The notes under the pieces: generated by a model
What the model was told of the DNA's origin: nothing
What the model saw: the letters and a program-made list of their open reading frames with translations, nothing else
The model's database searches: none
Translations under genes and position numbers: made by a program
From: a virus
Lineage: Duplodnaviria; Caudoviricetes
Reading direction: 5' to 3' (one strand)
IMG/VR virus record: IMGVR_UViG_3300020181_000014
Coordinates: 1 to 59,809 of that record
Length of the DNA: 59,809 nucleotides
In this document: positions 1 through 8,628 of the stretch, in pieces
Position numbering within the stretch: the stretch's first letter is position 1
Layout of the letters: each line of letters starts with the position of its first letter

Positions 1-143
1 AGATCCACGGGCCGTTTCCGCCCTGGTGCCGCACCTCGAAGGTGTTCGGACCTTTGCAGAACCCTGCTGCGGCGAGGGGCATCTCATTCGCCAGCTCGAA
101 TCTTTCGGCCTCAAGTGCGCATGGCATTCCGATATCAGCCTTG
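1..143. repeat. Direct terminal repeat, left copy (circular assembly overlap)
   Basis: 1-143 matches 59667-59809 except T17 vs G59683. Confidence 0.95.
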
Positions 144-466
144 GAGTCGACGCAAGGACGCTCCGTTTCGCGAACATCGACGCCATCATCACTAATCCTC
201 CGTGGAGCCGGCCAATCCTCCACGAGCTCATCGTCCATTTCCAGAAGAGCGCCCCGACATGGCTGCTCTTCGACGCGGATTGGAAGCACACAAAACAGGC
301 CGCTCCATTCCTCCCCAAGTGCAGCCACATCGTATCTGTCGGCCGCCTGAAGTGGATGGAGAATTCCCCATCGCAAGGGAAGGACAACTGCGCCTGGTAT
401 CGTTTCGAGGCCAGTCATACCGCCGGCCCTCGCTTCATCGGCCACCCCATCCGGGAGGCTGCATAA
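1..466 (+). CDS. Small N6-adenine DNA methyltransferase, 3' part
   Basis: SAM-binding EPCCGEG and catalytic IITNPPW motifs. Confidence 0.85.
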   Translation, partial: DPRAVSALVPHLEGVRTFAEPCCGEGHLIRQLESFGLKCAWHSDISLGVDARTLRFANIDAIITNPPWSRPILHELIVHFQKSAPTWLLFDADWKHTKQAAPFLPKCSHIVSVGRLKWMENSPSQGKDNCAWYRFEASHTAGPRFIGHPIREAA

Positions 467-687
467 TGGTTGTCATTCGCCACGTGTCCCCAGCGGCGGA
501 CCCTGAGAGCTGGGAGAGGAGAGCGGCGACTCGTTTCCTCTCCCAGCTGCTGCGCGCTCTTGAGGGACACCTGCGCGCATTCCTGAATTCGTCCGGGCTT
601 CTTAAAGGCGCCCGGGGCCTTTTGTCCGCGCACTCGCTGCTCAAGCTTCGCCAAAAGTCTAGCGGCGTCTGCGCTCCAGTCTTCCAA
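415..687 (-). CDS. Possible small antisense hypothetical protein
   Basis: TTG start with upstream AAGGA SD; no recognisable domain. Confidence 0.3.
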   Translation of the reverse strand: MEDWSADAARLLAKLEQRVRGQKAPGAFKKPGRIQECAQVSLKSAQQLGEETSRRSPLPALRVRRWGHVANDNHYAASRMGWPMKRGPAV

Positions 688-764
688 AGTCCTTCTCCAT
701 TCGCCGCAAGCCGCGGCCTAGTTGCTGTCTCTGACGGACACAGTGATAGCAAAGGGAAACAACC

Positions 765-1211
765 ATGTCCGACGCGAGAGGTGTCAAAAACGACACCACA
801 GGTGGCGAGGAAGTCATGCGTGCGCTAGCCGATACTCAAGGAATGACTGTGCCCGAACGTGCCGAATTCTGGCTTCACGGGTTGGCCTGGTGTAAACATA
901 AGGGCCGCCACGACACGTGGTCAGCGGCCCGCGACCGGGCTGCTCAAGATGCCGGCGTTCCGCTTTCCATAGCAAAGCGAATTTGGCAGCGCTGGCACGG
1001 CATGAGCGACGTTGGAGGGGAAGCCCTCCTTCGCCTGATGCTCGCTTACGAAAAAGTGTGCGAGCGAAATGAGGCCGCTGCCGAGGCATATCGCCAGGAG
1101 CGTCTGAAGCTAAAGGCCAAGAACAATGCGGTGGATAATAAGCCTGCTCCGGCGGGCGTGGGAATGGGCGCGTCTGAAATGGGCGCGATGGCGGAAAGGG
1201 AAGACAGATGA
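765..1211 (+). CDS. Putative CII-like / HTH transcriptional regulator
   Basis: GGGA SD; helical HTH-like segment (ARDRAAQDAGVPLSIAKRIW); position in early right operon. Confidence 0.5.
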   Translation: MSDARGVKNDTTGGEEVMRALADTQGMTVPERAEFWLHGLAWCKHKGRHDTWSAARDRAAQDAGVPLSIAKRIWQRWHGMSDVGGEALLRLMLAYEKVCERNEAAAEAYRQERLKLKAKNNAVDNKPAPAGVGMGASEMGAMAEREDR

Positions 1212-1408
1212 TCGGCAGGAATGAGGTGCATCTGAACATGCAGACTGTCTGCCAGCTGCTTCAGGAGTGGGTTCAATCTGAACTCGGGTTTACTCATATC
1301 AAGGTAGTTGACGTGCGCTTTGAGGGGGCGACTTCAGAAGAAGAGAGGTTAATCGCCATCATAGAGGGTGAGGCTTCTGGATTCCGAAGCATGACAGAAT
1401 ATTCGTAA
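1208..1408 (+). CDS. Hypothetical protein
   Basis: ATGA-coupled to upstream gene. Confidence 0.6.
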   Translation: MIGRNEVHLNMQTVCQLLQEWVQSELGFTHIKVVDVRFEGATSEEERLIAIIEGEASGFRSMTEYS

Positions 1409-1505
1409 ACCCTCACCACCTCGTGCGCCCCAGAACAATCAGAAAACTGAACTCTCTCGCACGAGATCAACACTTCACCATTTCCCAACATGGGCGGGGA
1501 ACAAC

Positions 1506-1784
1506 ATGGACTATCTCGGAAGAGAGCTGCCGCTTACGGCAGACGAGCACCGCAGGCTCGAAGAGCGCATGGCGAGCGGCGATGAGTTCACGCTAGATGA
1601 ACTAGCCGCTGCTGGCCTGGATCGCCTCGGAGCCGCCGACAGAACCATCCATAATTGGCGCCGCAAGGGCTGGATTGAATTCCGGCGTGAAGGCCGCTCA
1701 ACCCTATGGTCTTTGACGGAGAAAGGCCTTGTGGAAACGGTACATCTTCGCCTCGAAGAGGAGGCGGCGCAACATGCTGCGTAA
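1506..1784 (+). CDS. Small winged-helix-like protein
   Basis: Good SD; WRRKGWIEFRREGRSTLWSLTEKG wing pattern. Confidence 0.55.
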   Translation: MDYLGRELPLTADEHRRLEERMASGDEFTLDELAAAGLDRLGAADRTIHNWRRKGWIEFRREGRSTLWSLTEKGLVETVHLRLEEEAAQHAA

Positions 1785-1980
1785 ATTCCTCGGGCATGCT
1801 GCGGCCTATGCCAGTGTCAGCTTCCTCGTTCTGCTCATGGGAGCCTTCGCGCACGTTATGGCCGCCTTGGCCCTAGGCGGGACGATCACCCACGTTCAGG
1901 GTGGATTAGTCCTCGCCGTTGTGGCGCTCATTCTGGGTCTGATCGGCGCGTCCTTCCATACCCACGGGGAGGGGACGTGA
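1774..1980 (+). CDS. Small membrane protein (2 TM)
   Basis: Hydrophobic stretches; GAGG SD. Confidence 0.6.
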   Translation: MLRKFLGHAAAYASVSFLVLLMGAFAHVMAALALGGTITHVQGGLVLAVVALILGLIGASFHTHGEGT

Positions 1981-2240
1981 TGCCGACATTCCGCAAGAAG
2001 CCAGCAGTAGTTGAGGCCGTCCAGTTCACCAGAGACAACATGAACCGGGTCTTCAACCAACTCACGGGAGCGTTTGCGGCCGATGTCGAGGATGGCCGTC
2101 CGATCTTGAAGGTCCAGACGATCCACGGAGAGACGGCAGTCGTGCGTCTCGGGGATTGGATCGTCAGTGAACCGGAACTCGGGAAATACTACCCGGTCAA
2201 GCCGGACATCTTCGAACAAACCTACGAACCGGCTGAGTAA
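1977..2240 (+). CDS. Conserved phage protein (FRKKP..VEAVQF / YP.KPDIFE.TYE family)
   Basis: Characteristic terminal motifs. Confidence 0.75.
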   Translation: MMPTFRKKPAVVEAVQFTRDNMNRVFNQLTGAFAADVEDGRPILKVQTIHGETAVVRLGDWIVSEPELGKYYPVKPDIFEQTYEPAE

Positions 2241-2308
2241 TCACAACAACAACAGTTCCGGGCGTCCCGGATAAGGACGCACACCCCAGAATGGGCGGGG
2301 GAACAAAC

Positions 2309-2416
2309 ATGCAACACAGTCAAGAAGGCCGCAGGCTGTTCCTGCGGGTGGTCTTCGCGGCAATCATCTACTGGGGTGTCGTTCTCCCGGCCTTCTGGTG
2401 GGCGGTGCTGGCATGA
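2309..2416 (+). CDS. 35-aa membrane peptide (below ORF-track cutoff)
   Basis: MQHSQEGRRLFLRVVFAAIIYWGVVLPAFWWAVLA; G-rich SD; ATGA-coupled to the MTase. Confidence 0.6.
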   Translation: MQHSQEGRRLFLRVVFAAIIYWGVVLPAFWWAVLA

Positions 2417-3669
2417 CCAGAACCCAATTCCTCGGCGGCAAGGTGACGCTCTACGGCGGCGATTGCCGCGACGTTCTGCACAGCCTGCCCGATTGCAGCG
2501 TCGACTCCTGCGTGACAGATCCGCCCTATGGCCTCGGCTTCATGGGGCGCGCGTGGGACGCCAAGGACGGCGCAGCCTTCGCCATGGATCTCTGGGCCGA
2601 GGTCTTGCGCGTCCTGAAGCCTGGCGGCCACGTGGTGGCCTTCTCCGGCACGCGCACATATCACCGCATGGCCTGCGCGATCGAAGACGCCGGTTTTGAC
2701 ATTCGCGACCAGCTCGCATGGGCCTACGGCTCTGGTTTTCCCAAGTCGCACGACGTGAGCAAGGCGATTGATAAGGGGGCTGGTGCGCAACGCGAGGTGG
2801 TCGGGTATCGGGCTTCAGAAGGTTCAGGCGTTGCCGGTCGCGCTCCACGCGATAGCAGCGGATCGCATATCTGGTCTGGGCAACTGCGATCCAAGGCTGC
2901 AGCCACCGAAGCAGCCCGGCAATGGGAGGGCTGGGGCACTGCGCTGAAGCCTTCATTCGAGCCGATCTGTCTCGCGCGAAAACCCTTCCGGGGCACGGTG
3001 GCCGAGAATGTCCTGCAGCACGGCACCGGCGCGCTCAATATCGATGGCTGTCGGATTGAGGGCGAGCCATGGCAAGCGCACCGCGCGACAGGGTTGGCGG
3101 CGAAGAAGTTCTTTTCCGACGGAGTTGCCGCCGAGATCGACAAGGCGCCTCATAGCGGCGGCCGCTGGCCTGCCAATCTCTGCCACGACGGCAGCGACGA
3201 GGTGATCGCGTGCTTTCCGGAGACGGCGCCGGCAAGGTCCGGCAAGCCAAGGGCGGGCAAGAACGGCGACGGCTGGGGTATGACTGCCACCGGAGCGGAA
3301 TATGACGACAACGGCGGCTCCGCTGCCCGGTTCTTCTACACGGCCAAGGCCGACGCATCCGACAGGATCGGCACCAAGCACCCGACCGTGAAGCCCGTCG
3401 ACCTCATGCAATGGCTTGTGCGGCTCACCACGCCCAAGGGCGGCACCTGCCTCGACCCGTTTGCCGGTACCGGTACCACCGGCGAGGCCGCCTGGCGCGA
3501 GGGCATGCGGTGCATCCTCGTCGAGCGCGAGGAAGAATATTTGGCCGATATCGCCCGGCGCATGGATCTGGCCGAGAAGCCGACCAAGCGCGCGGCCGTT
3601 GCAAAGACCAAGGGCCAGTTGCGCGGTGCTGAGGGAACGCCGCTGTTTGGCGGGGAGGTCTCTCCATGA
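2413..3669 (+). CDS. N4/N6 DNA methyltransferase (beta class)
   Basis: VTDPPYG catalytic motif N-terminal, HPTVKP and LDPFAGTGTT SAM motif C-terminal. Confidence 0.92.
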   Translation: MTRTQFLGGKVTLYGGDCRDVLHSLPDCSVDSCVTDPPYGLGFMGRAWDAKDGAAFAMDLWAEVLRVLKPGGHVVAFSGTRTYHRMACAIEDAGFDIRDQLAWAYGSGFPKSHDVSKAIDKGAGAQREVVGYRASEGSGVAGRAPRDSSGSHIWSGQLRSKAAATEAARQWEGWGTALKPSFEPICLARKPFRGTVAENVLQHGTGALNIDGCRIEGEPWQAHRATGLAAKKFFSDGVAAEIDKAPHSGGRWPANLCHDGSDEVIACFPETAPARSGKPRAGKNGDGWGMTATGAEYDDNGGSAARFFYTAKADASDRIGTKHPTVKPVDLMQWLVRLTTPKGGTCLDPFAGTGTTGEAAWREGMRCILVEREEEYLADIARRMDLAEKPTKRAAVAKTKGQLRGAEGTPLFGGEVSP

Positions 3670-4745
3670 CCCTCCCCAAGCAAGAAGCCACGCCTGGGGA
3701 TAACAGACGTGGCCTCTCGACGCCAAATACAAACGCAGATGCAAGAACCTTCTCCACGGCATCCTCAGGGGAGGGGGGCAAAGAAGCCGTGGGCTGCGAT
3801 GCATGGACCAAACCATCAGCAGGGGAAGATGTTCCCGCGGCTCAGCCGAAATTGCGAGTGCTCGATCTGTTTTCCGGGATCGGCGGTTTTTCGCTGGGGC
3901 TCGACCGCGCGGGCGGATTCGAGACCGTCTCCTTTTGCGAGATGAAGCCTCACGCGCAGGCGGTCCTAGCCGAGCACTGGCCCGGCATCCCGTGCCACGA
4001 CGACGTGACCACCTACGATTTCAAGGAAGGCGAAGCCGATGTCATTACGGCAGGGTTCCCATGCCAGGATATCTCATTCGCCGGAGCAGGTGCCGGCTTG
4101 TCCGGAGCCCGTTCGGGACTCTACCGGGAGGTCATACGAGCCATTCGCGTGGTTCGACCCCTCTACGCCGTGCTGGAGAACGTGGCAGCGCTGCTTGGTC
4201 GAGGGCTGGGAACGGTACTCGGAGACCTGGCCTCGGTCGGGTATGACTCGGAATGGCATTGCATTCCGGCGAGCGCCGTTGGTGCCCCTCACAGAAGAGA
4301 CAGGATATGGATTGTTGCCCACCCCAGAGGCGAGCAACACGAAGGCGGTCGCGCTCCGCTCAGCGGGTCGCTCGCCGCGCAACTTTCTCGCGCCAATTCC
4401 GACGCCCCGGGCGAACGATGCTCAGAAGAGGGGGGACTTCGATACGACGAACCCAAGGAACGGGCTTCCTGCATTTGCCAAGAGGTGGCCGACGCCGACC
4501 TCCTCAATGTTCAAGGGGTCGTCCCCAGCCTCTCTGACCCGGAGGAATGGGAAAGACAGGAGTGGGGACAGGCTGGATCACGCGGTGATGGCAACAGATG
4601 GTGGTCAGTTGAACCCGATGTGGGTCGAGTGGCTCATGGGGTTCCCAATAGGGTGGACAGACTTGAAGAATTGGGAAACGCGGTCGTCCCGCAGGTCCCG
4701 GAAATCATAGGCCGCGCCATCCTCGAAAGCAGGAGGACTGCCTGA
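3666..4745 (+). CDS. C5 cytosine DNA methyltransferase (alpha subunit)
   Basis: Motifs I LDLFSGIGG, IV GFPCQD, VI LENV, VIII HRRDRIW, X LGNAVV; no canonical motif IX. Confidence 0.92.
   Translation: MTLPKQEATPGDNRRGLSTPNTNADARTFSTASSGEGGKEAVGCDAWTKPSAGEDVPAAQPKLRVLDLFSGIGGFSLGLDRAGGFETVSFCEMKPHAQAVLAEHWPGIPCHDDVTTYDFKEGEADVITAGFPCQDISFAGAGAGLSGARSGLYREVIRAIRVVRPLYAVLENVAALLGRGLGTVLGDLASVGYDSEWHCIPASAVGAPHRRDRIWIVAHPRGEQHEGGRAPLSGSLAAQLSRANSDAPGERCSEEGGLRYDEPKERASCICQEVADADLLNVQGVVPSLSDPEEWERQEWGQAGSRGDGNRWWSVEPDVGRVAHGVPNRVDRLEELGNAVVPQVPEIIGRAILESRRTA
4039..4710 (+). CDS. Nested alternative-frame C5-MTase beta subunit (motif IX / TRD)
   Basis: ATG with AAGGAAGG SD; repeated xPTP units and LNPMWVEWLMGFP (motif IX-like). 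Confidence 0.7.
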   Translation: MSLRQGSHARISHSPEQVPACPEPVRDSTGRSYEPFAWFDPSTPCWRTWQRCLVEGWERYSETWPRSGMTRNGIAFRRAPLVPLTEETGYGLLPTPEASNTKAVALRSAGRSPRNFLAPIPTPRANDAQKRGDFDTTNPRNGLPAFAKRWPTPTSSMFKGSSPASLTRRNGKDRSGDRLDHAVMATDGGQLNPMWVEWLMGFPIGWTDLKNWETRSSRRSRKS

Positions 4746-4936
4746 TGGCCCGCTGGAAACTCGACAGGCGTCCCTTCGACTGGCTGCGCCGGATGTGGCA
4801 CGGCAGCTACGTCAAAGACAAGCATTCAACCCAGTGTCCAACCTGTCGCGGCAGCGATCGTTCCAGGATCCTCTGTGAGGTGCCGGGATACGTCACGTGG
4901 GAATGCGCGCGCTGCGGAGGGGCCTATCTGTCATGA
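4745..4936 (+). CDS. Small zinc-ribbon protein
   Basis: CPTC...CARC; TGATG coupling. Confidence 0.65.
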   Translation: MARWKLDRRPFDWLRRMWHGSYVKDKHSTQCPTCRGSDRSRILCEVPGYVTWECARCGGAYLS

Positions 4937-4938
4937 CC

Positions 4939-5193
4939 TTACTCCTCCAGAATATCACCCTCCCGCGCAGCCGCGACAAACGCTTTCCTGACAGCCTCAG
5001 CATCGCCTCTTTCCATGATGGCATCCAGGCAGGCTTTGCAGGCTGCTCGATGGGCTTTGCCCTGTTCGGCATGCTTGGGCCACTCCCGCGTCAAAATTTG
5101 AGCCGCCTTAGCCGGATCACCGACGACCCAACGGGTAGCCCCGTTCTTCCCGGCAAATACGACGACAGGTTCTTTCCACGATTGGATGGCCAT
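4939..5193 (-). CDS. DUF982-like protein
   Basis: W..PV...LTREWP...HRAACKAC...VRKAFVAAAREGDIL pattern typical of Rhizobiales DUF982. Confidence 0.75.
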   Translation of the reverse strand: MAIQSWKEPVVVFAGKNGATRWVVGDPAKAAQILTREWPKHAEQGKAHRAACKACLDAIMERGDAEAVRKAFVAAAREGDILEE

Positions 5194-5228
5194 AGCGCGA
5201 TTCAATGCGCGACGGGGAGGGCGGTTGC

Positions 5229-5909
5229 ATGAAACACACACGCTCCTCCGCTGAGACCGAGATCCGGGAAGCAGTCGTGACCCGCTTCCGTGAGCTGTGG
5301 CCTGATGCCCGTATCATTCACGAGATGAACGTCGAGCACGGTTCCTCCCGCGCTGATGTCGTCGCGGTGCAGCCGGAACGTCTCTGGATTTGCGAGATCA
5401 AGAGCGAGCGCGACAAGCTCGACCGGCTCGCAGGGCAGATCAAGGATTTCGGGCCTTGCTGCCATGGGATGATTATTGCAGCCCACGAGAAGTGGACTGC
5501 CGAGGGACCAAGGCGCGAAATCCATCGGCCGGCGACAAAGACTCTGCCGGCATACATCTCCTATCAAACCGAGCCCAGTCTGCTTAGTCGCGCCACCGAA
5601 GATTGCCGTCGCGTCAATGTCTGGAGCTATCCCGAGCCGCCCTCCGAATATCGGCGGGAGTGGTCGATCCTTCGCCAGCACGTGCCCTGGTATCACCGGA
5701 TGCTGATGCTGCTTTGGAGTGACGAGCTACGGGAGACCGCGGCCCAGCACAGGATTCCATTCGACCGACGATCGCCAGCTTACAAGCTTGCTCCTGAAAT
5801 GTCGCGCCTCATGACGGGCCGAGAGATCGAACGCGCCGTGTGTAGGGTGCTTCGCAGGCGCTCCTTTGCTGAGGCCGATGCGCCTCTGGTCGAGGAGGCC
5901 GCGGCATGA
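5229..5909 (+). CDS. PD-(D/E)xK nuclease-fold protein (MmcB/sce7726-like)
   Basis: HE...RADV...EIKSERD motif. Confidence 0.7.
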   Translation: MKHTRSSAETEIREAVVTRFRELWPDARIIHEMNVEHGSSRADVVAVQPERLWICEIKSERDKLDRLAGQIKDFGPCCHGMIIAAHEKWTAEGPRREIHRPATKTLPAYISYQTEPSLLSRATEDCRRVNVWSYPEPPSEYRREWSILRQHVPWYHRMLMLLWSDELRETAAQHRIPFDRRSPAYKLAPEMSRLMTGREIERAVCRVLRRRSFAEADAPLVEEAAA

Positions 5910-6265
5910 CCATCACAGTCGAAGTCCCATGGCCGCCCAGAGACTGCCATCCGAATGCTCGCGTTCATTGGTCCAAGAGAGCGCGCGCCACGAAGATCGC
6001 CCGCACCGATGCTGCCTGGTGGGCACAAGCTGCCGGCGCCAAGGCATTGCGAAAGGCAAAGGCGCTGAACGTCTGCCTGACATTCTTCCCGCCCGACAAT
6101 CGGCGCAGGGATGTCGACGGGATGCTCTCGAATTCTAAGCCGCTGATCGATGGCATCGCGGATGTCGTTGGCGTCGATGACAGCCTCTGGACCATCTCAA
6201 TGAAGCGGGGCGAGCCACGGGAATTTGGAGCCGTCCGCTTCGATATCGAGGAGGCGCAACTGTGA
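5906..6265 (+). CDS. rusA: RusA-like Holliday junction resolvase
   Basis: PPDNRRRDVDG...KPLIDG...VDDS acidic motifs. Confidence 0.8.
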   Translation: MTITVEVPWPPRDCHPNARVHWSKRARATKIARTDAAWWAQAAGAKALRKAKALNVCLTFFPPDNRRRDVDGMLSNSKPLIDGIADVVGVDDSLWTISMKRGEPREFGAVRFDIEEAQL

Positions 6266-6513
6266 CAGCTAAATACGATTCCAACTGGATAGATCAGAAG
6301 CGGCGCAACCGGATGAATTCCATCGATGCGATGGAGGAGGAGCTGCGCGTTCTCGTCCATGAATACGGATACACGATTGTCCGCGCCTGCCTTGATCTGG
6401 GTGTGAGGAAGCCGAAACAAATTCGGCACCTCGTTGAGACGGTCCTGGATGAGTTCAGCCCGACGCGCGGCAGCTATTCCAAGCAAGGCGTTCGCACTGA
6501 GGTGCAGCCATGA
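6262..6513 (+). CDS. Hypothetical protein
   Basis: GTGA-coupled, GAGG SD. Confidence 0.6.
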   Translation: MTAKYDSNWIDQKRRNRMNSIDAMEEELRVLVHEYGYTIVRACLDLGVRKPKQIRHLVETVLDEFSPTRGSYSKQGVRTEVQP

Positions 6514-6701
6514 CCCGCATCCCCCACGATCAGATGGCCTTCGAACTGGCCAAGATGGTCCACTCCAAGCGGGTCTGGCTATCCGATCACGGGGCCAAGT
6601 ACCCGGCACACGAAGTGGAAATCAAGAAGCAGCAGCTGACCGTGCTGGAGCAAGCGCGGGCTGATTACGAACGCTCGGCAAAGAGGAGCGCAGAAGCATG
6701 A
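6510..6701 (+). CDS. Hypothetical protein
   Basis: ATGA-coupled. Confidence 0.6.
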   Translation: MTRIPHDQMAFELAKMVHSKRVWLSDHGAKYPAHEVEIKKQQLTVLEQARADYERSAKRSAEA

Positions 6702-6949
6702 AAATGGTTGAGAAGGTCGCGAGAGCCTGCTGCGCGGCGGGGAACCACGAGTGGCCAACCACAGACGGGTACAACGATCGGGCGGAGAAGCGAGCATGGT
6801 TCAGTATCGCCCGCGCAGCCATTGAGGCGATGCGAGAGCCAACGGATGCAATGTACGAGGGGTTCGGCGCGGACATCGATCCCGAGGTGTTCCCCGGATA
6901 TTGGGCACGGGCCATCGACGCCGCCCTGAATGAGGAGGCGTCAGGATGA
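6698..6949 (+). CDS. Conserved phage hypothetical protein
   Basis: ARAAIEAMREPT.AM...AIDAAL motif. Confidence 0.7.
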   Translation: MKMVEKVARACCAAGNHEWPTTDGYNDRAEKRAWFSIARAAIEAMREPTDAMYEGFGADIDPEVFPGYWARAIDAALNEEASG

Positions 6950-7404
6950 GCAAGATCCTAACTCCAGATCCCGAAGGATTCGATGACCTGTGGCAGCTCT
7001 GGAGAGAGCATGCCCGCAAATCGGACGGTAGGGGCAAGGCGCGTCCAACCTACATCAGGTGGATGTTGGCCGGTGCCGATCCGGCAGACATTCTCGACGG
7101 TGCCAGGTGGCATCTCCGCTCAATGAAGCCGGAGGAGCGCCCATACATCCAGCTCCTCTCTGTCTATCTCAACGGCGAGCGTTGGGCTGACGATTGCGAG
7201 AAAGAACGCGCCTACCAGCAGCGCCTTCAAGAGCACCAGCAAAAGCAAACCCAACCCACCAACGTGGTGCAGATCGCCCCGCGGCCAACCAAGCACGAGC
7301 TGTCGCCAGAAGAGCGCCAGCAGAGAGAGCGCAGGGCTGCCGAGATACTGGCCAGAGCCGGTTTTGCAGCAAGTGACGAGTTCAAGAATTCGGAGTCAGC
7401 ATGA
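6946..7404 (+). CDS. Stand-alone C-terminal domain of phage replication (O-like) protein
   Basis: FDDLW..W...GKA ... YIQ....YLNGERW.D pattern of replisome-organiser C-termini; no N-terminal wHTH. Confidence 0.55.
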   Translation: MSKILTPDPEGFDDLWQLWREHARKSDGRGKARPTYIRWMLAGADPADILDGARWHLRSMKPEERPYIQLLSVYLNGERWADDCEKERAYQQRLQEHQQKQTQPTNVVQIAPRPTKHELSPEERQQRERRAAEILARAGFAASDEFKNSESA

Positions 7405-8009
7405 TGGTGGATATCGAGGAAGCACGGCTCAAGTGCCTTGAGCTTGCTGTAAAAATGGGGGTGTCCAACCCTATCGAAAAGGCGCGGGAGTTCCTGGAAT
7501 TTGTTCGCTCGGAAGATGAACCTGCAGTTTCAGGAACGAAGCCCCTTCTGTCTTTGAGCGATGCTCAAGAGATGTTGGGCATAAAGCAGTCGTTCCTGTT
7601 TGAGTTGCTGAGGAGCAATAGGCTAAGGCGCGTTAAGGTGGGTCGTCGCTCTTTTGTCCGTCGAGATGAGGTTCTGAATCTCATGGAGAAGGGCACGAGC
7701 TCTCCAAAGCGTTCGCGGCTTGTTGTGCTGTCGGATGCTAACGGATCAAACGATCCCGAAAGGTACATGCGGGAATCCGCAACACGTCACGGTATCGACG
7801 TTGACCTGCTTAAATCCCACAGGAAATCCCGATGCATAGTGGAGCGCCGCGACAGGGTTGTGGTCGATGTGGCGAACCGGTTCCCCGATCTTAGCCTTCC
7901 CAAGCTTGGCCGTCTCCTCAATCGAGACCACACATCCGTGCTGGCCTGTCTGGTTCGCAATGGAGCCGTTCGCGGGGACGCGTCAAAAGTGATTACGGAG
8001 TCAGTTTGA
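7401..8009 (+). CDS. Fusion: excisionase-type HTH + DnaA C-terminal HTH
   Basis: LLSLSDAQEMLGI...VKVGRRSFV and LSLPKLGRLLNRDHTSVL. Confidence 0.7.
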   Translation: MMVDIEEARLKCLELAVKMGVSNPIEKAREFLEFVRSEDEPAVSGTKPLLSLSDAQEMLGIKQSFLFELLRSNRLRRVKVGRRSFVRRDEVLNLMEKGTSSPKRSRLVVLSDANGSNDPERYMRESATRHGIDVDLLKSHRKSRCIVERRDRVVVDVANRFPDLSLPKLGRLLNRDHTSVLACLVRNGAVRGDASKVITESV

Positions 8010-8605
8010 TGAGTGAGCTGGTAATAGAGCGCCCCACAAGTGCGCAGGCGCAGTTCCATGCGCGGTACAAGGAATCCATGGCGCGCATTCGAGCGGCGGC
8101 GAAGGTGCCTCTGGAGCCCCGCGTGAACCTGGCTCTACCTGCTCGGAAGCCGGAGGTGGAGGAAAAGCTGGAAACCGCCTTCTCGGCACTCGAATTTGTG
8201 CAAACACTTCCGACCACGAGACCGTGTGATCTGGAGCGCCGGGCCTCCATACTCCGCACCAAGGTCCGCATGGAGAGGGAGGAACAGAAGCTCCGGCAGA
8301 TCGAGGAACTGAAGAGCCAGATCAGGTTCAGCTTCGGAATGCAGCACTCCAAGTTCGACCGGATCGCGCGTCGAATCTGCACCGCTCTTCGGATTACCAA
8401 GCACGATTTGATGTCTATGAGGCGGTCTCGCGAATTGGTCTTTGCCCGGCAGGCAATCGTATATTGGGCTTGCCGGCGCACCACCCTTAGCCTCCCGCAG
8501 ATAGGCAAAAGGCTCGACCGAGACCATACGACAATTCTGCATGGGAAGCGTGCGTACCCAGTAAAGCGTCAGAAAATGGGGCGGTATTTGAGGCCCATAC
8601 TTTAG
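8006..8605 (+). CDS. DnaA C-terminal (Bac_DnaA_C) HTH protein
   Basis: RRSRELVFARQ...LSLPQIGKRLDRDHTTILHG. Confidence 0.85.
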   Translation: MMSELVIERPTSAQAQFHARYKESMARIRAAAKVPLEPRVNLALPARKPEVEEKLETAFSALEFVQTLPTTRPCDLERRASILRTKVRMEREEQKLRQIEELKSQIRFSFGMQHSKFDRIARRICTALRITKHDLMSMRRSRELVFARQAIVYWACRRTTLSLPQIGKRLDRDHTTILHGKRAYPVKRQKMGRYLRPIL

Positions 8606-8628
8606 ACCAACGGCGGCGGCGGGGACAC

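Noticed and set aside
1-143. Biological terminal repeat
   Set aside because: It falls inside a gene and its length is typical of an assembler overlap; the single mismatch is likely an end error or population SNP
1130-1138. DnaA box GGTGGATAA
   Set aside because: Single mismatched copy inside a CDS, not a cluster
1433-1447. Second LexA box GAAC-N7-AAAC
   Set aside because: Mismatch in the second half-site and no clear promoter
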